Part shown: positions 19,328 to 28,079 of the stretch, piece after piece
Position numbering within the stretch: the first letter of the stretch is position 1
How the letters are laid out: every line of letters starts with the position of its first letter
Source: Planctomycetales bacterium
GTDB lineage: Bacteria; Planctomycetota; Phycisphaerae; Sedimentisphaerales; Anaerohalosphaeraceae
Direction of reading: 5' to 3'
NCBI GenBank assembly: GCA_022615575.1
Contig: JAKEGM010000071.1
Location: 12,164 to 76,163 of the forward strand
DNA: 64,000 bases
Notes under the pieces: generated by a model
What the model saw: only the letters and a program-made list of their open reading frames with translations
Databases searched by the model: none
Told to the model about the DNA's origin: nothing
Position numbers and translations under genes: made by a program

Positions 19328-19945
19328 ATGCTTCAGAATGTGAACGCGACACGAATGGAACTCTTATCGCTGCGAAAGCGGGTGGCCCTGGCGCTGCGCG
19401 GGCATCGGCTGCTCAGCGAAAAACGCGACGAGATATCCCGCCGATTGGTGCAGATTGCCCGCGACCTCAAAGACCTGCGGAGCCGTGTAGAGCGGGATCT
19501 GCTGGAAACGACTCGGCGGTTTATGATGGCCCGGGCCACGATGGAGCCCGAACACATCCGAGCGGCGATGGAAGTGCCGACCAAAAAATTCCAGCTGACC
19601 ATCAGTTTTGTCTCGATTATGAGCGTTCAGGTTCCCGCGCTGGCCAAAGACATCGAAGGCGATATTATGTGCTACGGGTTTTCGACCACCAGCGGCGAGC
19701 TGGATATCGCCCTGCGTGCCCTGGAACGCGCCTTTGACGGCCTGATTGAACTGGCCGAAAAGGAAAAACAGTGTCAGCTGCTGGCCCTTGAGCTGCAGTC
19801 CACCCGCCGGCGCGTCAATGTGCTGGAGCATGTCGTCATTCCCGAGACCAAAGAAACCATCAAATACATCTACGACAAACTCGGCGAGGCCGAACGCGAC
19901 AACATCAGCCGCCTGATGAAAATCGCCGACATCATCCGCAGATAA
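19328..19945 (+). CDS. ntpD: V/A-type ATPase subunit D
   Basis: NATRMEL, GHRLLSEKRD, TRRRVNVLE. Confidence 0.96.
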   Translation: MLQNVNATRMELLSLRKRVALALRGHRLLSEKRDEISRRLVQIARDLKDLRSRVERDLLETTRRFMMARATMEPEHIRAAMEVPTKKFQLTISFVSIMSVQVPALAKDIEGDIMCYGFSTTSGELDIALRALERAFDGLIELAEKEKQCQLLALELQSTRRRVNVLEHVVIPETKETIKYIYDKLGEAERDNISRLMKIADIIRR

Positions 19946-19961
19946 GACGCCGCCGGGCCGG

Positions 19962-21362
19962 TCAGGTGTTTTTGACAGAGGTCTGTGCCGCCGGGAAAAA
20001 CGCCGCCCGTTTCAAATAGTAAAGGGCCAGCCGTCCCCAGCGCATCCGCCGCGTCCGTTTGTCGGCCTCGCGCGTCAGCCATTTGTTGTTGCCCGCCGTA
20101 ACAAGGGCATACGGGGCAATCCAGGACAAGCCGAAAATCCAGAACATCGAATACAGGATCGCCCACAGGGCCTCGCTGCTGAAGTTTCGCCGCCAGGCGT
20201 AAAACGCCGCCGGCACAGACCCGGCAACGCAGGCGCCGAACAAGGCATGGGACAGGAATAAGGCCGGATGCCAGAAAAAGCACCCCGTCAGCCCCACCAG
20301 CAGGATTTGCGGCACGATCATCTGGATAGCGCTTAACAAAAAGTTTGCCCTTGCCCCGGTCGCCGGCGTCCGGCGGAAACGGGTGAAGATAAAGGAACTC
20401 ATCGCCAGCATCTCGCGGACATTGCTGCGCGCCCACCGCAGGAACATCTTGCACAAGCCCTTGTAGCGAACCGGCACAGTCGTATAGACGACGGCGTTGG
20501 ATTGGAAGGTCACATGATAGCCCTTTTGCAGGATGGCGTTGGTCATGGCGCGGTCTTCGCCGATTCCGGCCGGCTGACCCAAAAAGGTCTGGTTCAGCCA
20601 GGCGTCCAGGACCTGCATCACCACCTCCCGGCGGTAGGCGGACAGCGCCCCGGGCGTACAGAAAACCGTATTGACGGCACTTTGGCTGGCGCGGATAAAC
20701 TCAAAACTGTACGCAAACGAAACGTCCAGCATGCGGGGAATAATGTCTCTGTCCTGGTTAAGGACGACCACATTGCCGGCCACGCCGCCGACCGCTGCGT
20801 CGGCAAACGGGCTGACCAGGCAGCGGATTGTTTCCGGGTCGATCAGCGAATCGCTGTCGATGGTTACCAGCACGTCGGCCTTGCTGCGGATGAACCCTTC
20901 ATAGAGCGCCCGGCGCTTGCCGCCGTTCTTGGCCATCCGCACCGCTTCAATGCGGCCATGGGACCCGGCCGCGGCTTTTTCCATCCATGCCCAGGTGTCG
21001 TCCACGCTGCCGTCATCGACGGCGATAATCTGCAGTTTATCGGCGGGATAGTCGCTTTGCAGTATGCTTTCGAGCGTCTTGAGGACCATGCTGCCTTCAT
21101 TGTAGGCCGGAACAACCACGGTGCAGACGGGCAGCTGCGCATCAGGGCTTCCTTCAACGGGACGGTATCGAAAGAACAGAAAGACCCGCCACAGAAACGC
21201 GGCTAAGTTGATGACCAGCAGTGTCTGGCCGAGACGAAGATAGATCAGCCCGTACGGCTGATTGCGAAGAAAATCGACGGCCTGTTCAAATTGATCGCAC
21301 TGCGTCCATGCCGTCACGGACGAAAGCAGAAATGCTGCAACAATAAGAGTTTTCATTCCCAT
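19962..21362 (-). CDS. Processive GT2 glycosyltransferase (hyaluronan synthase/NodC-like)
   Basis: PAYNE, DDGS, GKR, DSDS, GEDRAMT, (M)FLRW motifs plus TM helices. Confidence 0.85.
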   Translation of the reverse strand: MGMKTLIVAAFLLSSVTAWTQCDQFEQAVDFLRNQPYGLIYLRLGQTLLVINLAAFLWRVFLFFRYRPVEGSPDAQLPVCTVVVPAYNEGSMVLKTLESILQSDYPADKLQIIAVDDGSVDDTWAWMEKAAAGSHGRIEAVRMAKNGGKRRALYEGFIRSKADVLVTIDSDSLIDPETIRCLVSPFADAAVGGVAGNVVVLNQDRDIIPRMLDVSFAYSFEFIRASQSAVNTVFCTPGALSAYRREVVMQVLDAWLNQTFLGQPAGIGEDRAMTNAILQKGYHVTFQSNAVVYTTVPVRYKGLCKMFLRWARSNVREMLAMSSFIFTRFRRTPATGARANFLLSAIQMIVPQILLVGLTGCFFWHPALFLSHALFGACVAGSVPAAFYAWRRNFSSEALWAILYSMFWIFGLSWIAPYALVTAGNNKWLTREADKRTRRMRWGRLALYYLKRAAFFPAAQTSVKNT

Positions 21363-21482
21363 TTATTTTACTGCCTTTTCTGGAACCCGCGCGTCGAATC
21401 TATGCAGACACCCCTTTATGCGGCTACACCCGCAGGGGGACATATTACGGCGTGGGGGGGGGTACTGAGGTACGAGAAAGTA

Positions 21483-21511
21483 ATTCTATCATCTAAAAAA
21501 TAAATTATCAA
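21483..21511 (-). promoter_or_regulatory. sigma70 promoter for the GT2 gene
   Basis: Minus strand TTGATA-N17-TAGAAT with extended -10 TG. Confidence 0.6.
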
Positions 21512-21735
21512 TAAAAAATTGTCAAGGTGCAATAAATCGCCCGCTAAAGGCGTTCTATAAAAACACATTTATCCGCCCTGAAAACGGCAAAAAACGTGGA
21601 ATTCACAGGGAAAAAGACCTTTTTATTTCAGGTAAATGGAGATTCAAGAAATCGCCATTTGTGAGCGTGAATAGAAAAATTTTCCTTTTTTTAGTTCCAA
21701 TTCTGCCCTGTGCAATGTGATTTTTGCAGGCGCTG

Positions 21736-22872
21736 CTATTGCCCGAAGATTTCGTCAAAAATCGTCTGGGGTTCCGGCGCCGTGCCCTGCTTCCAGGACT
21801 TTACCAGTTCGCCATTGAGCAGTGCGACAACATAGGGACTGGTGATTTCCCATTTCTGCGCATCGGTCAGCGTGCCGAGGATGCAGGTTGTGTCGGCCGG
21901 CACAGGGCCTTCTGTGCTGTAGGGCGGAACCGCCAGAAACGCAATTCTGAACTCTTGATTGCCCTGTTCGGTCATCTCTTTATAATAGGCGCTGTATTGG
22001 GGAACCCTTTCGGCGCAGGTTGGGCAATCGTGGTGATACATCAGAATCACAACCATGCCTTCGGCAAGCTGTGCACGAACATCGTCTTCAACGATGTATT
22101 GCAGCCAATCCCATTGTTCGACCGCCGGGGGCTGCTCCTTTGGATCGGTGATTTTCGGAGCAATCTCCGTTGGCGCCTTCTCGTTGGGTTCGGGGATTAC
22201 GGGGACCGCATGTGCCTGCCGCAAGGTCTCAAGCTGCTGCTGCAGCGATGCGGCATCACGCTTCCATCGGTCGGCTTCCTGCTGTTTCTTTTCCAATTCC
22301 TGTTTGACTCTGTGCAGTTCTAAGCGCAGCTGCGCATCTTTGTTTGGAATTTCTTCGACTTTGATGCATTTGGGCCGAAATGTTACCAATGCCGGCGCCG
22401 CCAGCGCCATCAGGCCAATCGTCGGTACGGCAACCGCCAACAGATAAAAGGTATTGGGCCATGGAGGCGGCAGAAGTTTAAGCCCTTTTGGCCAGAAGAT
22501 TGCCAGCATAAGAAAGAAGGGGATGTCGATGGAAAACAATGTAATCCACGGATTTACATGAATCTGACCGAAACAGCCGCACGACTCGGCGCCCAGCATC
22601 GCTTTTGTCAGCGTCACAAAAATAAAACACAGATACGCCAGCGTTCCGGCGATCCAGGCGGCTTTGCGAAAGAGGCCGCTGACCATCCAGACGCCCAGGG
22701 CAAATTCCAGCGGGATTTGAATCAGCAGAAATTCGTAGGATTCCCAGAAGCCGGTTTTGTTGGTCTGCCACGAGGGGACACAAATCGACAGCATTTCGTG
22801 GAATTTCAGCACCGCCGCAACCATCAGCAGCAGTCCGGCTAAAATCATGATAATTTTATTTGCAATCCGCAT
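21736..22872 (-). CDS. MauE/DoxX-family membrane protein fused to coiled coil and thioredoxin-like CxxC domain
   Basis: EFALG, SCGCFG (MauE/DoxX); C-terminal YHHDCPTC. Confidence 0.75.
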   Translation of the reverse strand: MRIANKIIMILAGLLLMVAAVLKFHEMLSICVPSWQTNKTGFWESYEFLLIQIPLEFALGVWMVSGLFRKAAWIAGTLAYLCFIFVTLTKAMLGAESCGCFGQIHVNPWITLFSIDIPFFLMLAIFWPKGLKLLPPPWPNTFYLLAVAVPTIGLMALAAPALVTFRPKCIKVEEIPNKDAQLRLELHRVKQELEKKQQEADRWKRDAASLQQQLETLRQAHAVPVIPEPNEKAPTEIAPKITDPKEQPPAVEQWDWLQYIVEDDVRAQLAEGMVVILMYHHDCPTCAERVPQYSAYYKEMTEQGNQEFRIAFLAVPPYSTEGPVPADTTCILGTLTDAQKWEITSPYVVALLNGELVKSWKQGTAPEPQTIFDEIFGQ

Positions 22873-22883
22873 AAAATTAGTCC

Positions 22884-22978
22884 TTAGTCCATAGGTTTTT
22901 GACGCAAGGAGCGAATTAAACCATCAGCACTAACTCATCGGCTAATTCAAATGCCTTGAGATTTCTGTAATTTCTCAT
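22884..22978 (-). pseudogene. Internally deleted four-helix-bundle (23S rRNA IVP-like) gene
   Basis: N-terminus MRNYRNLKAFELADELVLMV joined out of frame to C-terminus GLIRSLRQKPMD*; flanked by a 15-bp perfect inverted repeat (22880-22894 / 23068-23082). Confidence 0.7.
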
Positions 22979-23070
22979 ACGGTAATTATAACTCCCGCCA
23001 ACTCCAAAAACAAATACTTATTACCTGACCTTTGATGTCTCCAAAAAACCCCATGATGGCTCATGGACTA

Positions 23071-23099
23071 TGGACTAAGGACCCCAAAAAGCATACAAT
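23071..23099 (+). promoter_or_regulatory. Putative priA promoter whose -35 lies in the heptad repeat
   Basis: TGGACT-N17-TACAAT, 8 nt before ATG 23108. Confidence 0.5.
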
Positions 23100-23107
23100 G
23101 CCGCTTT

Positions 23108-25468
23108 ATGCCAAAAGATAAAACGAAAAGTTTATTTGGGACAGAGTTAGACGACGCAACGAGTGCGTCGGGGCGGATTATCCGTGTGGCGCTGGATACC
23201 GGGGCGGATTCGCTGTTTGACTACATTCTGCCGGAGTATCTGGGGACCGTCCAGCCGGGTCGGCGGGTGCAGGTCCCGTTCGGCAAGACCAATAACTTGA
23301 AGCAGGCATTTGTTGTAGAGATTATCGACGATGCGGATGAAATCGCCAAGTGCCGGCGGTTTAAGCTCAAATCCGTCAAGTCCGTTCTGGACGATATGCC
23401 GCTGCTGGGTGAGGAATTGATACAACTAGCTCAATGGATCGGCCAGTATTATGTCTGTCCCTTAGGGCAGGTGTTCAGCGCGATGGTTCCATCGGCGGTT
23501 AAAAAAGATGCCGGCGTTAAAAAACAAAGTATCGTGTATTTGGCGCCGGCGGCTGCCGAACCCCGGGAACCTCTTTCCAGTAAAAAGCAAAAAGCCCTGC
23601 ACGAAATTCTGCAAAACGCCAATGCCGTTGACCCTGACAGCGGAATTGAAAAGTCGGCCCTGCTGGAGATGGCAGAGTGCACGGAAGACCCGCTCCGGCA
23701 GCTTATGCGCAGACAGATTGTAAAAGTTGCCCGCAAAGAGGTTTTGTCCGTTCTGCCGGTCGTGCCGCAGCGATTGATGTATCCGGCCCACGAGGTCATT
23801 TTGAACGATGACCAGCAGGCGGCGCTGAACTTTATCGCCAACGAACTGAACGAAAGCCGTTTCGGCGTCTCGCTGCTGCACGGCGTGACCGACAGCGGCA
23901 AGACGGAGGTGTATATCCGGGCGATCCAGGCGGCCATCGCGGCGGGCCGGCGGGCGATTGTCCTGCTGCCGGAAATCGCCCTGACCGCTCAGACCGTCCA
24001 GCGGTTCAGCAGCCGGTTTGAAAAACTGGCTGTTCTGCATTCGCATCTGTCCGGTCCCCAGCGAAATGCCCAGTGGCAGAGCATCAAAAATAATCAGGCC
24101 GATGTGGTCATCGGGGCACGATCGGCCATCTTCGCCCCGGTCAGCAATCTGGGGCTGGTTGTCATCGACGAGGAACACGAAGGCAGCTACAAACAGGATA
24201 CCGTGCCGCGCTATCACGGCCGGGACGTCGCCATCAAACGGGCGCAATTAGCCAACGCCCATTGCATTCTCGGCTCGGCGACGCCGTCGCTGGAAACGCT
24301 GCACAACTGCAAAACAAAAAAGCATTACACGCTGCTGATGCTGCCCAAACGGGTGATGGATTTGCCGCTGCCCGAAATGAAACTGGTCAACATGCTGACG
24401 GCGTTTGCGGATGCGCCGCATAAAGGCGTCCATCTTATCAGCCCGCCCCTTTGGGCGCATATCAGCAAAATCCTCGAACGAAAAGAGCAGGCGATTTTAC
24501 TGCTGAATCGCCGCGGCTACAGCAATTTTGTCTATTGCCCGTCCTGCCGCCATTCGCTGACCTGCCGAAACTGCGATGTAACGCTGACCTTCCACAAAAA
24601 ACCCCAATTGGAGGAGCGCAAAGAGACAATCCTCGGCAAACATATCATTGGCGGGTATGCCGTCTGCCATTATTGTCTGTCCAGGACACTGGTGCCTAAA
24701 CAATGTCCGCTTTGCGGCGGCAGCATGACCATGATTGGCATCGGGTCGCAGCGACTGGAGGAGGAATTGCGGCGAGCATTCCCCTCGGCCCGTATCTGTC
24801 GAATCGACAGTGATTCCATGGCCGGAGAGGATTATTACAAGGTATTAAGGGACTTTTCCGAGCAGAAAATCGACATTCTGGCCGGAACGCAGATGTTGGC
24901 CAAGGGCCTGCATTTTCCCAATGTAACGCTGGTGGGCATTATCAGTGCCGATACGGCCCTGTTTTTGCCGGATTTTCGTTCCAATGAACGGACATTCCAG
25001 CTTATCAGCCAGGTTGCCGGCCGTGCCGGCCGCAGCGAGAAAAAGGGGACGGTCTACATCCAAACCTTTTTCCCCGACCAGCCAGCGATTAAATACGCCC
25101 TTCAGTATGATTTTAATTCCTTTATTGAAAAGGAGTTAGAGCACAGAAAGGCCTGTTTTCTGCCGCCGTTTGGCCGGATGGCGGTTATTGCCATGCGGGA
25201 TATAAAGTTCGACCGGCTTAAGGCCGCCGCCGAACAGATGCGCCAGCGTCTGGACGGCCTGATCTGCACGGAAAACCACGAAATCACGCTTCGCGGCCCC
25301 CTGGAACCGGCCATCAGCCGAATCCAGCGGCAGCACCGTCTGCAATTTATCCTCCTGGCAAAGTCGGCGGCCGATCTGCAGCGGGTGTTTGAGCGGCTTC
25401 GCTGTATGGCGCCGCTTCGTCCGGCGGTGCAGACCCAGGTCGATATGGACCCGGTTGGGGTTTTATAG
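23108..25468 (+). CDS. priA: Primosomal protein N' (replication restart helicase)
   Basis: GVTDSGKTEVY, DEEH, GSATPS, four CxxC pairs, QVAGRAGR. Confidence 0.97.
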   Translation: MPKDKTKSLFGTELDDATSASGRIIRVALDTGADSLFDYILPEYLGTVQPGRRVQVPFGKTNNLKQAFVVEIIDDADEIAKCRRFKLKSVKSVLDDMPLLGEELIQLAQWIGQYYVCPLGQVFSAMVPSAVKKDAGVKKQSIVYLAPAAAEPREPLSSKKQKALHEILQNANAVDPDSGIEKSALLEMAECTEDPLRQLMRRQIVKVARKEVLSVLPVVPQRLMYPAHEVILNDDQQAALNFIANELNESRFGVSLLHGVTDSGKTEVYIRAIQAAIAAGRRAIVLLPEIALTAQTVQRFSSRFEKLAVLHSHLSGPQRNAQWQSIKNNQADVVIGARSAIFAPVSNLGLVVIDEEHEGSYKQDTVPRYHGRDVAIKRAQLANAHCILGSATPSLETLHNCKTKKHYTLLMLPKRVMDLPLPEMKLVNMLTAFADAPHKGVHLISPPLWAHISKILERKEQAILLLNRRGYSNFVYCPSCRHSLTCRNCDVTLTFHKKPQLEERKETILGKHIIGGYAVCHYCLSRTLVPKQCPLCGGSMTMIGIGSQRLEEELRRAFPSARICRIDSDSMAGEDYYKVLRDFSEQKIDILAGTQMLAKGLHFPNVTLVGIISADTALFLPDFRSNERTFQLISQVAGRAGRSEKKGTVYIQTFFPDQPAIKYALQYDFNSFIEKELEHRKACFLPPFGRMAVIAMRDIKFDRLKAAAEQMRQRLDGLICTENHEITLRGPLEPAISRIQRQHRLQFILLAKSAADLQRVFERLRCMAPLRPAVQTQVDMDPVGVL

Positions 25469-25469
25469 C

Positions 25470-25498
25470 TTGATTTTTTGCCGCCGATGCGGTATATT
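25470..25498 (+). promoter_or_regulatory. Promoter of tRNA-Pro
   Basis: TTGATT-N17-TATATT. Confidence 0.6.
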
Positions 25499-25511
25499 CA
25501 CCTCTCTTTTG

Positions 25512-25587
25512 CGGAGAGTAGCTCAGCTTGGCTTAGAGCGCTGCGTTCGGGACGCAGAGGTCGCAGGTTCAAATCCTGTCTCTCCGA
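25512..25587 (+). tRNA. tRNA-Pro (CGG)
   Basis: CGGAGAG/CTCTCCG acceptor stem, CTGCG-TTCGGGA-CGCAG anticodon arm, GGTTCAAATCC. Confidence 0.95.
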
Positions 25588-25629
25588 GTCCGTAACCCTT
25601 TTTGTTTCCACCGCTTGCGATATTACCCG

Positions 25630-25658
25630 TTGACTTTTCCCCCTCCCTGAGCGATAAT
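25630..25658 (+). promoter_or_regulatory. Promoter of the flippase gene
   Basis: TTGACT-N17-GATAAT. Confidence 0.5.
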
Positions 25659-25668
25659 AACGCTTCCT

Positions 25669-27201
25669 ATGACAGATACTAATACAGCCATCCAGAAAGA
25701 AGAACCCGACCTCTACAAACGTTCCGTCAAGGGCGTCTATTGGGTCATCGCATCGCAGATTACCCTGTTTTTTCTGGGCTTTGCAAAGTCCATTTTTATC
25801 GCTAACTATTTTGTTCTAATTGACTTAGGTATCATCAGTATAGCCGTAATGCTGATGGAAATTTTGAATACTTTCACGCAAACCGGATTCGACAGCGCCC
25901 TCATTCAAAAAAAGGGCGATGTGCGCGACTATCTGAATACGGCTTGGACAGCGGGACTGACCAAGGGGATTTTTCTGTTTCTGGTTCTCTACCTTGCGGC
26001 GCCGTTGCTGACCTCATTCAAAATCCCCGAGGAAAAAATCCCCCTGGCTGTTTGGGTTTTTCGGGCGATGAGCTTGTGTTTTCTAATTGCCGGACTCCGG
26101 AATGTCGGGGTCATCTACTTCAGCAAAAATCTGGACTTTCACAAAACCTTTGCCTTGTCCGTCATTTCGGCCCTGATGGACATTGTGCTTTCTATCGGCC
26201 TGGTGCTTGTTTTTCGCAGTATCTGGGGAATCATCGCTGCCCGGCTGGCAACAGCGTGTGTCGATTGCGCCGGGAGCTATGTCTTGTCGTCCTACCGCCC
26301 GCGGCTGCATTTTAAACCGTCAAAAGCCCGCGAACTCTGGAAATTTGGACGGTGGATTTTCGGACAGAACATCACCGGATACTTTCTCGAAGGCGGGGAT
26401 AATTTCTTCATCTGGTTCTATCTGGGCATCCAGCCGCTGGCGCTGTACCGGTACGCTTACCGTTTTTCCAATACGCCGGCCACGCATATTACACAGGTTA
26501 TTTCACAGGTCTTTTTTCCCGCCTATTCAAAAATTCAGGATGATTTGCCGCGGCTGCGGGACGCCTATCTGAAAGTCCTCAAAGTGACCGCCCTGTTGTC
26601 CATCCCGACGTCCTTTTTAATCTTTGTCCTTGGCCCCGATTTTGTGAGGTTGTTTTTAAAAGAACACATGCACCCCATGATTTTTGTTTTGCAGATTTTA
26701 GCCGTCAAAGGCCTGTTGAACTCCATCGGGTCAACCCGCGGGCCGTTGTTTTATGCGCTTGGCAAAGTCAGGGAAAACTGGCTGTTCCAATGCCTTCGGC
26801 TGTTGGCCTTCGCCGTCACGATTTACCCTCTTACAAAACGATGGGGAATCGAAGGGGCGGCTCTGTCGTGCGTTTTCGCTGCGGTCGCAATCCGCCCGTT
26901 TATTTTCCGTTTCCTGTGCAGGGTCCTTCAATGTTCGGCATGGAGCATGCTGTTCCCTTCCATTCTTCCTCTCGCGGCGGCCTTGACAATGACGCTGGTC
27001 CTCTTTGCGGCAAAACACGTGATATTCACGCCAATAACGTATTTATCGTTTGCAGGGCTTGCTGTTATGGGTGTTTTTGTTTACGCGGCGGTTTTGGGAG
27101 TATTGGATTTTACTTTTCAGGGAGGATTTCGTAAGATAGTTCAGGAACAGATGCAGTTGGTCTCGCAGGAGATAAAAAAAAGGAAAACGTCAGCGATGTA
27201 A
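25669..27201 (+). CDS. Polysaccharide flippase (Wzx/WzxC-like, PST family)
   Basis: GFDSALIQK, many TM helices, FPAYSKIQDD. Confidence 0.9.
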   Translation: MTDTNTAIQKEEPDLYKRSVKGVYWVIASQITLFFLGFAKSIFIANYFVLIDLGIISIAVMLMEILNTFTQTGFDSALIQKKGDVRDYLNTAWTAGLTKGIFLFLVLYLAAPLLTSFKIPEEKIPLAVWVFRAMSLCFLIAGLRNVGVIYFSKNLDFHKTFALSVISALMDIVLSIGLVLVFRSIWGIIAARLATACVDCAGSYVLSSYRPRLHFKPSKARELWKFGRWIFGQNITGYFLEGGDNFFIWFYLGIQPLALYRYAYRFSNTPATHITQVISQVFFPAYSKIQDDLPRLRDAYLKVLKVTALLSIPTSFLIFVLGPDFVRLFLKEHMHPMIFVLQILAVKGLLNSIGSTRGPLFYALGKVRENWLFQCLRLLAFAVTIYPLTKRWGIEGAALSCVFAAVAIRPFIFRFLCRVLQCSAWSMLFPSILPLAAALTMTLVLFAAKHVIFTPITYLSFAGLAVMGVFVYAAVLGVLDFTFQGGFRKIVQEQMQLVSQEIKKRKTSAM

Positions 27202-27225
27202 ACAGGTTTTGATGCGTGAACGAAT

Positions 27226-27915
27226 ATGATTATTTCGCATAAATACAAGTTTATCTTTCTAAAAACTCGTAAAACCGCAGGTACAAGCATTGAAATTGCT
27301 CTGTCAAAATTTTGCGGCGAGAAAGATATAATTACCCCGATCACTCCCGAAGATGAAGATCTGCGGAAAAATCTTGGATATCGGGGGCCGCAGAATTACG
27401 CCGTGTCCTATACTCATTATTCTTTAAATGATTGGTATCGGAAGATGATTTACGGAGCAAAAATTGAGTTCTATAATCATATTCCCGCTTTTCAGGTTCG
27501 CCAATGGATTGGGGAAAAAGTTTGGAATTCATATTACAAGTTTTGCTTTGAACGAAACCCCTGGGACAAAGTAATTTCATTATATTATTTCTCGCTCAGC
27601 AACTCCTGCACAACACCTTCTTTTGAAGAATACATTAAAAAGGAAAGTGAAGACGCTGTTTCAAACTATCGCATTTATACAATTGGGAACCGGCTTGCCG
27701 TCGATGATGTCTATCTTTTTGAGAATCTGAATGACGAACTGGCCAAGATAGCAAAGAAGACCGGGCTGCCGGAAACATTGATTTTGCCGAGGGCAAAAAG
27801 CAGATTCCGAAAAGACAAAAGACCCTACCGTGAGATCATAGGGCAGAATGAAAAAGAATATATACAGAAAATATGTCAAAAAGAAATAGACCTTTTTGGA
27901 TATTCGTTTGAATAA
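27226..27915 (+). CDS. Sulfotransferase family protein
   Basis: KTAGTS 5'-PSB and RNPWD..S 3'-PB motifs; FGYSF end. Confidence 0.88.
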   Translation: MIISHKYKFIFLKTRKTAGTSIEIALSKFCGEKDIITPITPEDEDLRKNLGYRGPQNYAVSYTHYSLNDWYRKMIYGAKIEFYNHIPAFQVRQWIGEKVWNSYYKFCFERNPWDKVISLYYFSLSNSCTTPSFEEYIKKESEDAVSNYRIYTIGNRLAVDDVYLFENLNDELAKIAKKTGLPETLILPRAKSRFRKDKRPYREIIGQNEKEYIQKICQKEIDLFGYSFE

Positions 27916-28079
27916 TAACTGCTGACGAATCGGTTTTCATTTAATTTAACTTGTGAGGTATTGTTTACAGGATTATTTTGTCTGAAGCTGCAATGATGTA
28001 AAAGGGTTCGCAGTATCTCGCTCTGCGGGATTATAACCTTAGTTTTTTCCTGTGAGTTCGAAAGGCAAAGTTAGTCGCA

